Positions 1-10,727 of a stretch of DNA of 64,000 bases are shown one piece after another. The DNA is from an uncultured delta proteobacterium. Its GTDB lineage: Bacteria > Desulfobacterota > Desulfobacteria > Desulfobacterales > SpSt-501. Numbering within the stretch: position 1 is the first letter of the stretch; each line of letters opens with the position of its first letter. A program made the translations under genes and the position numbers. The stretch lies in NCBI GenBank assembly GCA_963828345.1, contig CAWHEZ010000019.1:61568-125567 (forward strand), given 5' to 3'. The notes below the pieces were generated by a model. It saw nothing but the letters and a program-made list of their open reading frames with translations. It was not told where the DNA came from and ran no database searches.

Positions 1-135
1 AGGTTGAGCAACGAGATAGTGGCCAGAGATTTGGACGGAGTGCTTCATACACTCACTGAAATGTTAAAACTTAACAAGGATTTTATGATTATGTTTGCAG
101 ACAGATATTTAGGACTTTGGAAAAAGGTAAATTAG
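1..135 (+). CDS. 3' end (44 codons) of an unidentified CDS entering from upstream of the window
   Basis: Frame 1 is open from base 1 to TAG at 133-135 (...LKLNKDFMIMFADRYLGLWKKVN*). Low-GC context. No family recognised. Confidence 0.25.
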   Translation, partial: RLSNEIVARDLDGVLHTLTEMLKLNKDFMIMFADRYLGLWKKVN

Positions 136-764
136 CACGTCTTCAGCCACTGGAAAAATCATTTGGTTAAAATTTAGTGACACCCACTAAAGGTGTGGTC
201 AAAAGAAAAAACAGTTTCCAAACTTAAGTCCAGTTTCAGCATATGACTGGCCCCTCCATCGCCATAGGAAGGCTTAAAATTATTGAACATCTCTTTGAAG
301 GCGTTTGAAGGCGTCTCCGGGTGAGTGCGATAATTTTAAGGAAAATCTAAAACTTTTCCTTACAAAAAAAATATGTGAAACGATGAGTTAAAAACCTCTT
401 TCACAATACCCAATCATCGCTATTCAGGACTACAGAACTTAGCGAATCCGCTAATCAATTCTTCCCGACTATCGCCCTCCTGACGGTTGCGAATTCCCTA
501 CGTGCGGCCGCTCGCCGCATTTTCCGGCCTTTATCTCCGATTGTCACTATCCTCCCTGGAGCCGTAAGCCGACCCGGGGATATATTCGAATCAAAATGCC
601 GCCTGAAACGGCAGATCACGAGCCTGCGCATCCGTCGGGCTGAGTTTTTTGACAATATAATTACCCTCCGCTACAGATTGCTATCCTTGATTCGGATTTC
701 TATCCCCTCATGCTGGAAGCGAAAGGGTGTTTTGGACCGAACCCCTGCCATCCTTCCAATAGCG

Positions 765-1045
765 ATGACCGTCGAAGGTCCTATCCCGGTCTGCGACCTC
801 GGCTTCATCCTGCCCCACGAACACGTCCTGATAGATACGTCATCATTTTTCGTCCCTGTCCAAAACAAAGGCGAACGATTTCGTGAAGATGAGCCAATCC
901 GCTTGGCAAATCTGAGTTGGGTCCGCTACAACACCCGGCACAGCCGCGACTGCCTCAGCAAACTCGATCTCGATGCGGCGCTTCATGAAGTCGATCTTTT
1001 CCGCAAATCCGGCGGGGGCACCATTCTCGATCTTACGGCCCAAAT
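765..1045 (+). pseudogene. phosphotriesterase-related (PHP/PTER, amidohydrolase superfamily) gene, N-terminal ~95 codons only
   Basis: MTVEGPIPVCDLGFILPHEHVLID... shows the G-x-x-L-x-HEH start typical of PHP/PTE proteins. Sensible similarity stops near 1045, where the 325-bp repeat module begins. The rest of ORF 678..1316 is read-through into that module. Confidence 0.6.
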
Positions 1046-1073
1046 AAAAAACCGAACCTCTCCTGAGGTCCGG
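1042..1073 (-). terminator. intrinsic terminator closing the micro-ORF module
   Basis: The minus strand reads CCGGACCTC-agga-GAGGTTCGG followed by TTTTTTATTTG. An equivalent hairpin plus T-run is conserved at 52945..52980. Confidence 0.6.
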
Positions 1074-1373
1074 CTTTCTGACCGGAATGGTCATGCGACA
1101 TTCTGTGCAGACGTCTTTTACATGAAGATCAAAAAGATTGTCAAGCCACTACAGGCGCGGTCCTACGTCATCCGTCCCACGTGTTTTCTTTTTGAGAAGT
1201 CTCTTGAGCTGCCTTGCCTTTCGCAGATCGCGGGCACCTGTGACGGCACAAACTGCCAACACGGCACAGTAAAAAATCAACATGGCGATCAAGAAGTAAG
1301 GGTTCCCCATGCATGAACAATGATCACGGTGTCATCGTTTGCCAAGGCGGCACGAAAAGGAGCAGGCCGAATG
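1045..1373 (-). repeat. ~325-bp repeat module, copy 1 (inverted partner at 52651..52975)
   Basis: By-eye alignment of 1045-1373 with the reverse complement of 52651-52975 is colinear and roughly 80-85% identical. The only indels seen are two 3-nt ones inside the micro-ORF. Confidence 0.85.
1149..1310 (-). CDS. 53-aa predicted membrane micro-protein (MGNPYFLIAMLIFYCAVLAVCAVTGARDLRKARQLKRLLKKKTRGTDDVGPRL), below the ORF-track cutoff
   Basis: ATG at 1310-1308 and TAG at 1151-1149. One hydrophobic helix followed by a Lys/Arg tail. The paralog at 52713..52868 differs by many synonymous changes and only in-frame indels. Confidence 0.6.
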   Translation of the reverse strand: MGNPYFLIAMLIFYCAVLAVCAVTGARDLRKARQLKRLLKKKTRGTDDVGPRL

Positions 1374-1553
1374 AACGCAGAAAGCGTAAAAACCGAACTA
1401 CTGATGAGTCATTTCCGACATGCGCTTGATCAGCTCAGCGGCCACTACGCCGAGCTGGGCGACATCGACGCCCTGGCCGACGTTCGGCGCGTGGTGGAGG
1501 CGGCCGTGGATGATGCGCGGGTGCGGTCTAATTATATAGCTAAAATTTACTAA
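1371..1553 (+). CDS. hypothetical 60-aa protein, divergent from the micro-ORF
   Basis: AAGGAG lies 7 nt upstream of ATG 1371. Sequence is MNAESVKTELLMSHFRHALDQLSGHYAELGDIDALADVRRVVEAAVDDARV... GC drops sharply over the last ~10 codons, suggesting a truncated or fused 3' end. Confidence 0.35.
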   Translation: MNAESVKTELLMSHFRHALDQLSGHYAELGDIDALADVRRVVEAAVDDARVRSNYIAKIY

Positions 1554-1683
1554 ACAAATTCTGGTATCTTAGCTCCTTGATTGAAACCTAAAGATGTCAG
1601 CCTGTTTGATATGCTAAAATGGCACAGCAAGGACGAACGAAAGGAAACTCACATATGAGCATGTTGTCGAAGCGGGGCCGCAT

Positions 1684-1902
1684 TTACAAGGCATTCGGAT
1701 TGTCGGTGCGGACCCACTTGCTGTCTTTAAGCACGTATGGGTCAGGTGGATGGGTATCGGGTGGGGGGTCAGCGGCGGATTCTGAAAATTTTGAGAAGAA
1801 GTCCTCCTCCTTCGCAGCCAGATACCGAACCGCAAGAACGATAAGGAGCATAGCGTTGAAACCGAGGAAAATTATTAGTGCAATTTTTAAAAATTCGTTC
1901 AC
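1684..1902 (-). CDS. hypothetical 72-aa membrane protein
   Basis: GTG start preceded by AGGAGGA at 5-6 nt spacing. N-terminal hydrophobic helix IALIIFLGFNAMLLIVLAV. Confidence 0.45.
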   Translation of the reverse strand: MNEFLKIALIIFLGFNAMLLIVLAVRYLAAKEEDFFSKFSESAADPPPDTHPPDPYVLKDSKWVRTDNPNAL

Positions 1903-2542
1903 GGTTTCCTCCTGGGGGAAAATGGGATTTCACAATTAGATATCGGCATGTTGTGGAAATTCTTTATCGGAGTTTTAACTAATGCGAGGGGATGAGCATG
2001 GGAAGGTCAACGAAGGCACAGGCGGCGGCAGACAGCGGTGGCCCTCCACCTGACAATTCAAAGATGCTGGCCGAGTTGCGGGCTGAAGAGTCCGGTCATC
2101 GTGAGCGTGCGGCGAAGTTGCTGGAAGAGAAGAAGGCGCCAGGAGCACCCTTCGTAGATCATCCCGCGGACATACTTCCCCGCCGCTTCGTGCTGTGGGT
2201 CCGGCGCGAACACGCGGGCATAGATGGTTTTAGTCGAAGACATGGCAACTCCTATAAACACTAAACCCGAGCAAGAAGGCCTGCTAAGTCTCCCTGCTCG
2301 GGTGGGGTTCGATAGCGGACACTATCCGCAGGGGTCCCACACCCTGCGCCGAAAGGGTAAGGCATTGGGATGAACTTGCAAGGGATGATGGGTCAACCGA
2401 ACAGGTGATGGATAAGTGCAATCCCAGCAACGCCGAAGACGATCAAGGCCGCGAGGAAGTGAAACGGCGTAAAGCCGAAGGGGTCATCGTTTTTCATGCG
2501 GGGCGTTAAACCAGAAACACGGGAGAAACTCAAGGGGGCGAT

Positions 2543-3260
2543 ATGGGAATCCTGGCGCAATGCCCGACATGCCGCACCAAGCAGAAGGTGGCCAACAAGC
2601 GGTGCCGCTGCGGCGAGGACATGGACAAGGCTAAGAAGGCAAACCGGGTGCAGTACTGGGTCTCCTAGTATCTGCCGGGTGGAAAGAACCGGCGCGAGCC
2701 TGTGGGCTTCAGCATCGATGAGGCACGGGATGCCGAAGGGAAGCGGCGGGGGCAGAAGAGGGAAGGGCGGTTCTTCGACATGCTGCCTGACTCCAAGAAG
2801 ACGTTTGCCGATCTGGCGGAATGGTTCATCGACACGGCGAAGATCAAGAACCTGGCCTCTCGCGGGAATGTGGTGCGGCACCTGGTCATCTTCAACGAGA
2901 CTTTTGACCGGAAGCAGATCACACCCTCACCCGCGACGAGCTCCTGTCCTTCAAGTTTGCGGAGCGCAAGAACAGCAGGGCCGATAGCTATATCGATCAG
3001 ATTGTCGACTCCGCCCGGTGGATGGTGACCGACGCGCTGGAGGATGATCAGATCGCCGGCGACTGTCTCAAGCCCTTCCGCAAGCTCAAGCCGTTCTGCA
3101 AGAAGGGCCAGAACGCCCGAAAGCGGGTGCTATCCTTTGAAGAATACAATCGACTGATGGAGGCCCTGCTGCCCCACCTAAAGCCCATCGTGGCGACCGC
3201 CTGGTGGACCGGGATGCGGCAGACCGAGATCCTTCGGTCGACCAGATGGAGGTATTTTTC
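2543..3260 (+). pseudogene. tyrosine recombinase / phage-type integrase, degraded
   Basis: ATG 2543 follows AGGGGG. N-terminal Cys ribbon CPTCRTKQ..CRCG. In-frame TAG at 2666-2668. Frame change near 2920 (NETFDRKQI / HTLTRDELLSFKFAERKNSRADSYIDQIV). Similarity ends after WWTGMRQTEIL near 3250, before the catalytic C-terminal half. Confidence 0.7.
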
Positions 3261-3314
3261 GGAAATAGTGACCAGGAAGGCGTAAACAAGTCATAATCTT
3301 TTGAATTTGTTTAC

Positions 3315-3356
3315 CCAAAAAATAGACCCTGCCGAGGGGGGTACCCGGCAGGGTCG
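3315..3356 (-). terminator. candidate intrinsic terminator (minus strand), no obvious cognate gene
   Basis: 10-bp stem GACCCTGCCG/CGGCAGGGTC (3325-3334 / 3346-3355), followed on the minus strand by TATTTTTTGG. Confidence 0.35.
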
Positions 3357-3626
3357 GTCGGAGGTGGGAATGAAGGAAAGGAGGAAACTTCATTCCGTGT
3401 TCACTGTACAACAATGCAATCGAGATGCCATCTTTGTGGAAATCCGGATCCGGTCATCGGGAAAATATTATAATTTAAGCTATAACAGATAGTTGGAATA
3501 GTTTTTAGATTGCTCAAGAAGGCTGGTTCGATTCCATTTTTTGCTCACCGTTGGCCCCTCAGGCAAATTTTTCGTCAAATTTCCGTCAGGGTGACGATCG
3601 GCCGGCAGAAAATTCCGTCCGCAGGG

Positions 3627-4547
3627 ATGACGGAAACCGTCAAGTTTTCTCAGCGAAAGCCGATAACGTTACCGATGAGCAGACCGATTCGAGACGATGT
3701 TGCGTCGAATGCCGCCGCGGACGGCCTCGCGGCCGCACTGCGGGTGCGCGCCGCGCGCGGCGCGGCGCTCAGGCCCGCACCCGGCCCCGTCGGCGAGCCG
3801 CGCCCCGCGCCCGAACTCAGCGTTACCCGGGCGGCGGCAATCTGCGGGGTCGGCCGCACGACCGTGGGCTACTGGGTGCGATCCGGGAAACTCTTCGCGC
3901 GTCGCAAGGGGCGCAGCTACACCATACCGGTACAGGATCTGCTGCACTTCCTGGTTGCCACCGGCCAACCCCTCCCCCCGGAGTTGAACCCGACCGGCGC
4001 AGACGGCCCGCTTTTCAAAAGCGTCCGGCCGTGCTGGGAGTATTGGCAATCGGATGGCGGGCACCTGTGCAGCCGCTGCCTGGTCTTTCGCCGGAAGGCG
4101 GAGGACTGCTTTTGCATCGGCGACCCCGCCTGCGCGCGGGTGCCCCGTCCGCCTGCGGCCAGTGCCGGTATTTCAGAGAGATGTACGCCGCCAGGTTTCA
4201 GTTCATCCACCAGATCGACTGCCCGGCGGCGGTGTTCAAGGGGCTGGCCCTGTGGGGCGCCAACACCGCATGGGTCGACGCGTGCCCTGTGCCGGCGGAC
4301 GGGCTCGCCGGGGCGGGCCTGGAGACGGTGGTCCATCCCGCGTCGCTGGGGGCGGTGATCGCCGCCTTCAAGCGGGTCGGGCTGGGCGAAAAGGGCGTGC
4401 TCATCCCCGGGCCCCGTCTTCGCGGGGGGAGCGCGCACGGATTCCGGACGGATGGCGGCCTGGGTGTTCCCGTTGCGCGAGCCGGAAGACGCGCGCCTGG
4501 TGCTGGCCGTGCCGCCCCCGGTCATGACGGCCCTGCGGGCGCCGTGA
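3627..4547 (+). CDS. excisionase/MerR-type HTH protein with a Cys-rich and PAS-like C-terminal part; needs two frame changes
   Basis: HTH LSVTRAAAICGVGRTTVGYWVRSGKL. Cys cluster CWEYW..CSRC..C..C..CGQCRYF. Protein-like sequence requires frame 0 -> frame 2 near 4145 and back to frame 0 near 4420, ending at TGA 4545-4547. Confidence 0.5.
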
Positions 4548-4588
4548 ATCGCAACTCCCATTCACCCTATCGCAAAGGAGTCGAGCAG

Positions 4589-5101
4589 ATGATCCAGGAG
4601 AACGAGAAGATCGCACAGGCCGTGAAGGCCATGGCCGACCGCGAAGGCAAATACCTCACCTTCACCCTCGCGGGCGAGGAGTACGGCATCGGCATTCTCA
4701 AGATCAAGGAAATCATCGGCATGATGGCCATCACCTCGGTGCCGCAGACCCCCGAGTTCATCAAGGGGGTCATCAACCTGCGCGGGAAGGTCATCCCGGT
4801 CATGGACCTGCGCCTGCGCTTCGGCATGCCGGCCATGGACTACACCGAGCGGACGTGCATCATCGTGGTCGAAATCAACGGCGGGGCCGGCACCGTTCAG
4901 GTGGGGGTCGTGGTCGACGCCGTTTCCGAGGTGCTCAACATCAAGGCCGACGACATCGAGCCGACCCCCTCGTTCGGGACCCGCCTCAATACGGATTTCA
5001 TCCTCGGCATGGCCAAGATGAACGGGGGCATCAAGATCCTGCTGGACATCAACCGCGTGCTGAGCAGCGAAGAGACCGCGCTGCTGGCGGAAGCGGCCTG
5101 A
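4589..5101 (+). CDS. cheW: chemotaxis coupling protein CheW
   Basis: AAAGGAG lies 8 nt upstream. KYLTFTLAGEEYGIGILKIKEI...PEFIKGVINLRGKVIPVMDLR is a canonical CheW signature. The 516-aa ORF 3551..5101 is an upstream read-through artefact. Confidence 0.9.
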   Translation: MIQENEKIAQAVKAMADREGKYLTFTLAGEEYGIGILKIKEIIGMMAITSVPQTPEFIKGVINLRGKVIPVMDLRLRFGMPAMDYTERTCIIVVEINGGAGTVQVGVVVDAVSEVLNIKADDIEPTPSFGTRLNTDFILGMAKMNGGIKILLDINRVLSSEETALLAEAA

Positions 5102-5131
5102 CATCACGGGCCGACGAAAGGCAACCTGCCC

Positions 5132-6232
5132 ATGCTGTTCTCTTTCCGTAAGAGAGAGGCCAATGGTGACGAGCCCGTCGATTGGGCCGCGGAGCTGGAG
5201 CGCAGCGAGCACCGGCGCGAGTTCTACCTGATCTGCACCCGCGCGCTGCTGCAATGCCTGCGGGAGTTCGCGCTGGACACCCAGGAGCTGGACGGCGACG
5301 GCTTCAAGTCTCGGCTCGCCGAGCTCGCCGAGGCCCTCGGTTCGAGCGAGGCGGTCCGCCGCCTGCAGTCCGAGTTCGAGCGCGGCACGACCACGATCGG
5401 CGGCTTCGCCCGGCGCCAGAAGGACTACGTGCGCGACCGGGAATCGGAGTTCAAGGGGATCATCGACGTCCTCACCAAGGCGGTGGTCGTCCAGGACTCC
5501 GAAAACCGCGACTACAACCGCAGCATCCTCGACCAGAGCCGACGCCTGGAGGAGATCACGCTGCTCGACGACCTCAAGCGCGTGAAGCTCGCGATCGTGA
5601 AGGAAGTGGAGCAGCTGCGGGAGGCCGTGCGGGAGAAGGAAACACGCGACGGGTCCAAGATCCAGAAGCTCTCGGAGCAGGTGGCGGTGCTCAAGGTCGA
5701 GCTCCAGAGCGTGCGCACCGAGTCCGAGCGCGACGGGCTGACCGGGATCCTCAACCGCCGGACCTTTGACCGCCTTCTGGCCGATCTGACGGCGCGCAAC
5801 ACCGTGAAGGAGCAGGAGGTCGCGCTGCTCATGATCGACATCGACGACTTCAAGCGCGTCAACGACCAGTACGGCCACCTCACGGGGGACAGCGTGCTCG
5901 CCGCGGTCGTCAACAAGTGCCGTCAGTCCACCCGTGGCGAGGACGTGCTGGCGCGATACGGCGGGGAGGAGTTCTGCGTCCTGCTGCCCGGCGCGAGCCT
6001 GAGGAACGCCGTGAAGAAAGCCCGACAGATCTGCGAGTCGATCGCATCGACCCGCTACGTGCTGGAAGGCATGCCGACCAAGGAGACGCTCGGCATCACC
6101 GTGAGCATCGGCGTGAGTGCGCTGCGCAAAGGCGACACCTCCGCGTCCCTGATCGAGCGCGCCGACCGGGCCCTCTACCTGGCCAAACAGTCCGGCAAGA
6201 ACCGGGCGGTTTCCGAAAAAGACGTGAAGTAG
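5132..6232 (+). CDS. diguanylate cyclase (helical N-terminus + GGDEF domain)
   Basis: DIDDFKRVNDQYGH, RYGGEEFCVLLPG active-site motif, RADRALYLAKQSGKNR. Confidence 0.9.
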   Translation: MLFSFRKREANGDEPVDWAAELERSEHRREFYLICTRALLQCLREFALDTQELDGDGFKSRLAELAEALGSSEAVRRLQSEFERGTTTIGGFARRQKDYVRDRESEFKGIIDVLTKAVVVQDSENRDYNRSILDQSRRLEEITLLDDLKRVKLAIVKEVEQLREAVREKETRDGSKIQKLSEQVAVLKVELQSVRTESERDGLTGILNRRTFDRLLADLTARNTVKEQEVALLMIDIDDFKRVNDQYGHLTGDSVLAAVVNKCRQSTRGEDVLARYGGEEFCVLLPGASLRNAVKKARQICESIASTRYVLEGMPTKETLGITVSIGVSALRKGDTSASLIERADRALYLAKQSGKNRAVSEKDVK

Positions 6233-6447
6233 GCAGCGGCGGCACCCGGCAAAATTTGCCCACCCGGCGGCGCGGCCGGATCGCCTGCGCGCGCCGGGGC
6301 TTGAAATCACGCCTGTTTTTCCGCGGCAACATCGGCTGCACGGAAATTGCAATATCGCTGTAGCCACCGAACAGGTGATGTGCACCCGCATGCGGGGTGC
6401 CGAAAATCGCGGCCCGTGGGCCGCACGCCACCACGAGGATCCGACCC

Positions 6448-6897
6448 ATGAAAATCCATGGCAGCGACGGCCTCCCGCCGCTCCAGCCGCCCGAACGGAC
6501 GAGCCCCCAGGCCGTGCCGGAGCCGGGCGCCTTCGGAGCCGTGCTGAAGGAAACCCTGGGACAGGCCCCGGCCGCCTCGGCGCCGGGTGCCGCCAACGCC
6601 ATCCGGTTCCGCCCGCCGATCCAGCCGATCGAGGATGGCGCGGACGGGGCGGTCCAGCGGCTGGAGCGGTTCATCGACCTGCTCGACGACTACCGCGGCG
6701 AGCTGGCGGACAGCCGGGTGACCCTCCGGCAGCTCGAGCCGACCGTGCGGTCCATCGAGCAGGCGCGCGACGCGCTCGAGCCGGTGCTCGCGCGGCTGCC
6801 GGAGGCCGAAGGGCTGAAGGACATCCTGAACCGGGCGTTGGTGACGGCCGAGTCGGAGATCGCGCGCTACCGCCGAGGGGATTACCTGCCGGTGTGA
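6448..6897 (+). CDS. hypothetical protein (Pro/Ala-rich N-terminus, helical C-terminus)
   Basis: GAGGA lies 8 nt upstream of ATG 6448. Tightly packed between the GGDEF and HDOD genes. No family recognised. Confidence 0.5.
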   Translation: MKIHGSDGLPPLQPPERTSPQAVPEPGAFGAVLKETLGQAPAASAPGAANAIRFRPPIQPIEDGADGAVQRLERFIDLLDDYRGELADSRVTLRQLEPTVRSIEQARDALEPVLARLPEAEGLKDILNRALVTAESEIARYRRGDYLPV

Positions 6898-6907
6898 AAG
6901 CGGGGTC

Positions 6908-7807
6908 ATGGCGACGTTCCCGGAGACCACCGTAAAGCCGCCGCTGGGCCGGGTCCGAGCCTACATCCTGCGCATGGCCGGCTTGTCCACCACGGCCATG
7001 AAGGTGCTGCGCACGTGCAATGAGCCTACCGCCTGCGCCAACGACCTGAACAAAGTCATCTCCCTGGACCCGGTGCTGACCGGCCGGGTGCTGCAGCTGA
7101 TCAACTCCGCCTACTACTCGCTCCCCAGCAAGGTCAACTCGCTCACGCGTGCCATCATCCTGCTCGGCATCAACACGGTGAAGAACCTGGTGCTGGGCTT
7201 CGCCGTCTTCGATAGCTTCGCGCGGCGCGACAACTTCCGGGTGTTCACCCCGGACGAGTTCTGGGCGCACTCGCTGAGCACCGCCGCGGCGGCCAAGCTG
7301 TTCGCCGTCCGGCACGGCGTGCCGCTTTCGGAGCGCGAGGACTTCTTCGTGGCCGGGCTGATGCACGACCTGGGCAAGATCCCGCTCAACCACCTGTTTC
7401 CGGACGCCTACCGCCGGGCGGCCGAAACCGCGTGTCACGCCCCCGTAGGCCTGCGCGCGGCCGAACGCGGTTTCGTAGGCCTGGACCACTGCGAGGTGGG
7501 CGGTATGATCGCACAGAAGTGGCAGCTCGGTCCGGGCCTCAGCGATTCCATGGCCGGCCATCACACGGTCGGCGAATCGCCGTCCGCAGGCGGGTTGGAG
7601 CTGTCCCAGGCCGTGGCGCTGGCGGACCTGCTGGCGCACGTGATGGGGGCGGGCACCCCGGGCGGGCACAGCCTGAACGAGCAGGAGCGCGCATGGCTCA
7701 ACCGGCGCTGGCAGCTGCGGGACGACGATCTGACCGAGATGAGCGGCCCCGTCGCGGTGGAAATCGAGAAAGCGAAGGTGTTCCTTGAAATCGCAGCCCG
7801 GGCCTGA
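6908..7807 (+). CDS. HDOD domain signalling protein
   Basis: VISLDPVLTGRVLQLINSAYYSLPSKVNSLTRAIILLGINTVKNLVL and AGLMHDLGKI are typical HDOD features. Confidence 0.85.
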   Translation: MATFPETTVKPPLGRVRAYILRMAGLSTTAMKVLRTCNEPTACANDLNKVISLDPVLTGRVLQLINSAYYSLPSKVNSLTRAIILLGINTVKNLVLGFAVFDSFARRDNFRVFTPDEFWAHSLSTAAAAKLFAVRHGVPLSEREDFFVAGLMHDLGKIPLNHLFPDAYRRAAETACHAPVGLRAAERGFVGLDHCEVGGMIAQKWQLGPGLSDSMAGHHTVGESPSAGGLELSQAVALADLLAHVMGAGTPGGHSLNEQERAWLNRRWQLRDDDLTEMSGPVAVEIEKAKVFLEIAARA

Positions 7808-7811
7808 GGCC

Positions 7812-8729
7812 ATGCGGGTCACCTTCTGGGGCGTGCGCGGGTCGATCCCCACCCCCGGGTTCGAGACCTCGCGCTACGGGGGCAACACCCTCTGCGTGGC
7901 GGTGGAGCTGCCCGGCTGCGGTCGCACCCTCGTGGTCGACGCGGGCTCCGGCATCCGCGCGCTGGGGGACGAGCTGGTGCGACGCGCCCCGCCCGCGGAG
8001 GGCCTGCGCCTGGACGTGCTGCTCACGCACACCCACCTCGACCACATCCTGGGGCTGCCCTTTTTTCGCCCGCTCTACCGCTCCGACACGCGCGTCGCTC
8101 TTTACGGGCCGGCCATCTCGCCCGAGGACGGGCTCGAGCAGGTGATCGGCGGGCAGATGTCCTACCGCTACTTCCCCGTGCGCCAGGTCGAGCTCGCGGC
8201 CCAGGTGACCTATATCGATTTGCGCGAAGGCACGTACGACCTGGGCGACGGCATCCGGCTGCGCGCGGCCTATCTCAACCACCCGCTGCTGTGCATGGCC
8301 TACCGCATCGAGTACGGGGGGCGGGCGCTGTGCACGGCCTTCGACACCGAGCCGTTTCGCAACCTGTTCATCACGGACCCGGCCGACCCGCGCTACGACG
8401 AGCTCATGGCGCGTGAGGGGGACGAGGCGGTCCGGGACGCCGTCGGCCGCATGCACGCGTTCTTCAACGGGGCGGACCTGCTGATCCACGACGGGCAGTT
8501 CACGGAAGCCGAGTACCGGGCCGGGCGACAGGGCTGGGGCCACTCGTCGGTCGAGGAGGCGATCCGGTCCGCCGAGGCGAGCGGGGTGGGGCGCCTGACC
8601 TTGGTTCACCACGACCCCATGCGGACCGACAGCGAGCTGGACCGGATGGCCGCCGAGTACGGCGGGGTGCGGTCGGGGACGGGTCTGGAGGTGAGCTTTG
8701 CCCGCGAAGGGATGACGGTCGTTCTTTAA
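7812..8729 (+). CDS. MBL-fold metallo-hydrolase
   Basis: MRVTFWGVRGSIPTPG..., HxHxDH motif THTHLDHILGLPFF, C-terminal LVHHDP. Confidence 0.85.
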   Translation: MRVTFWGVRGSIPTPGFETSRYGGNTLCVAVELPGCGRTLVVDAGSGIRALGDELVRRAPPAEGLRLDVLLTHTHLDHILGLPFFRPLYRSDTRVALYGPAISPEDGLEQVIGGQMSYRYFPVRQVELAAQVTYIDLREGTYDLGDGIRLRAAYLNHPLLCMAYRIEYGGRALCTAFDTEPFRNLFITDPADPRYDELMAREGDEAVRDAVGRMHAFFNGADLLIHDGQFTEAEYRAGRQGWGHSSVEEAIRSAEASGVGRLTLVHHDPMRTDSELDRMAAEYGGVRSGTGLEVSFAREGMTVVL

Positions 8730-8744
8730 CCCGGCGTTGCCGGG

Positions 8745-9194
8745 TTAAAGGCGGCTGATGCTTTTGGCCAGCGCCGGGTCGCGGAGCAGCTTTTTGGCGA
8801 AGTCGAGGTACTTGCCCGTGACGGCGCGCACGGCGAGCTGGAGCGCGTAAGGCCTGACCGGCTTTTCGAGGAGGTAGGTCACGTGGGACGCCAGGCACAT
8901 GTCGACCACGTCGTCGCTCGCCTTGCCGCTGATGACGATCGCGTCCTGGTGCGCCGCGGGGAATTTCGGCTCGATGGATTCGAGGAAGGAAAAGCCGCTC
9001 ATGCCCTTGAGGAAAACGTCGACCACGAAGATGCCCAGGCCGACCTCGCGATGGAGGCACCACTGGATGGCCTTTTCCGCGTCGGAGAACGCGACCACCT
9101 GGCCCCATGAGTAGAAGGACTCGATCAGTTCCTTGAGGACCTGGCTGATTCCCGGGTCATCGTCCAGCACGACCACATCCAGACCATCCGCCAT
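8745..9194 (-). CDS. stand-alone response-regulator receiver (REC) domain protein
   Basis: DVVVLDDDPGISQ...IFVVDVFLKGMSGFSF...ISGKASDD layout of CheY-like receivers. Lies downstream of the sigma-54 activator on the same strand. Confidence 0.75.
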   Translation of the reverse strand: MADGLDVVVLDDDPGISQVLKELIESFYSWGQVVAFSDAEKAIQWCLHREVGLGIFVVDVFLKGMSGFSFLESIEPKFPAAHQDAIVISGKASDDVVDMCLASHVTYLLEKPVRPYALQLAVRAVTGKYLDFAKKLLRDPALAKSISRL

Positions 9195-9226
9195 GGCTGC
9201 CCTCCGTCAGGTGCGTCCGTTGCGTG

Positions 9227-10636
<1,410 letters not shown>

Positions 10637-10727
10637 CTTATTACGAAAGGAGCTTCGAGGTCAAGCGCAACGGGCCGCCGGCGGCTTTGATTCTATAATA
10701 AAAACAGTTAGATAAAATGTTAAGCCG

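Noticed and set aside
1992-2264. Overlapping ORFs 1992..2264(+) and 2058..2243(-, with AGGAG before its ATG) as real genes
   Set aside because: Neither has a recognisable motif. The third-position GC bias does not clearly favour one of them, and they exclude each other. Left unannotated.
3510-3550. tRNA-like 3' fragment (GGCTGGTTCGATTCCATTTTTTGCTCACC) as an att remnant for the degraded integrase at 2543-3260
   Set aside because: Only a T-loop-like GGTTCGATTCC and a partial acceptor arm are present. The T-stem pairs poorly and there is no second copy in the window. This is too weak to call.
3551-5101. 516-aa ORF suggesting a large CheW fusion protein
   Set aside because: Only the last 170 codons (from ATG 4589, which has its own AAAGGAG) are CheW. 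The upstream part is out-of-frame read-through of the HTH/Cys-rich gene and is Arg/Pro/Gly junk.
4562-6391. Very long ORFs antisense to recognised genes (for example 4562..6391-, 6671..7852-, 9224..10690+, 12849..13883-, 19130..20602+, 20939..22390-, 35717..36718-, 37349..38368-, 38435..39388-, 41632..42753-, 51626..52684-)
   Set aside because: These are typical GC-rich shadow ORFs. Their translations are Arg/Gly/Pro/Ala/His low-complexity with no motifs, and each fully overlaps a gene on the other strand that has clear family signatures.
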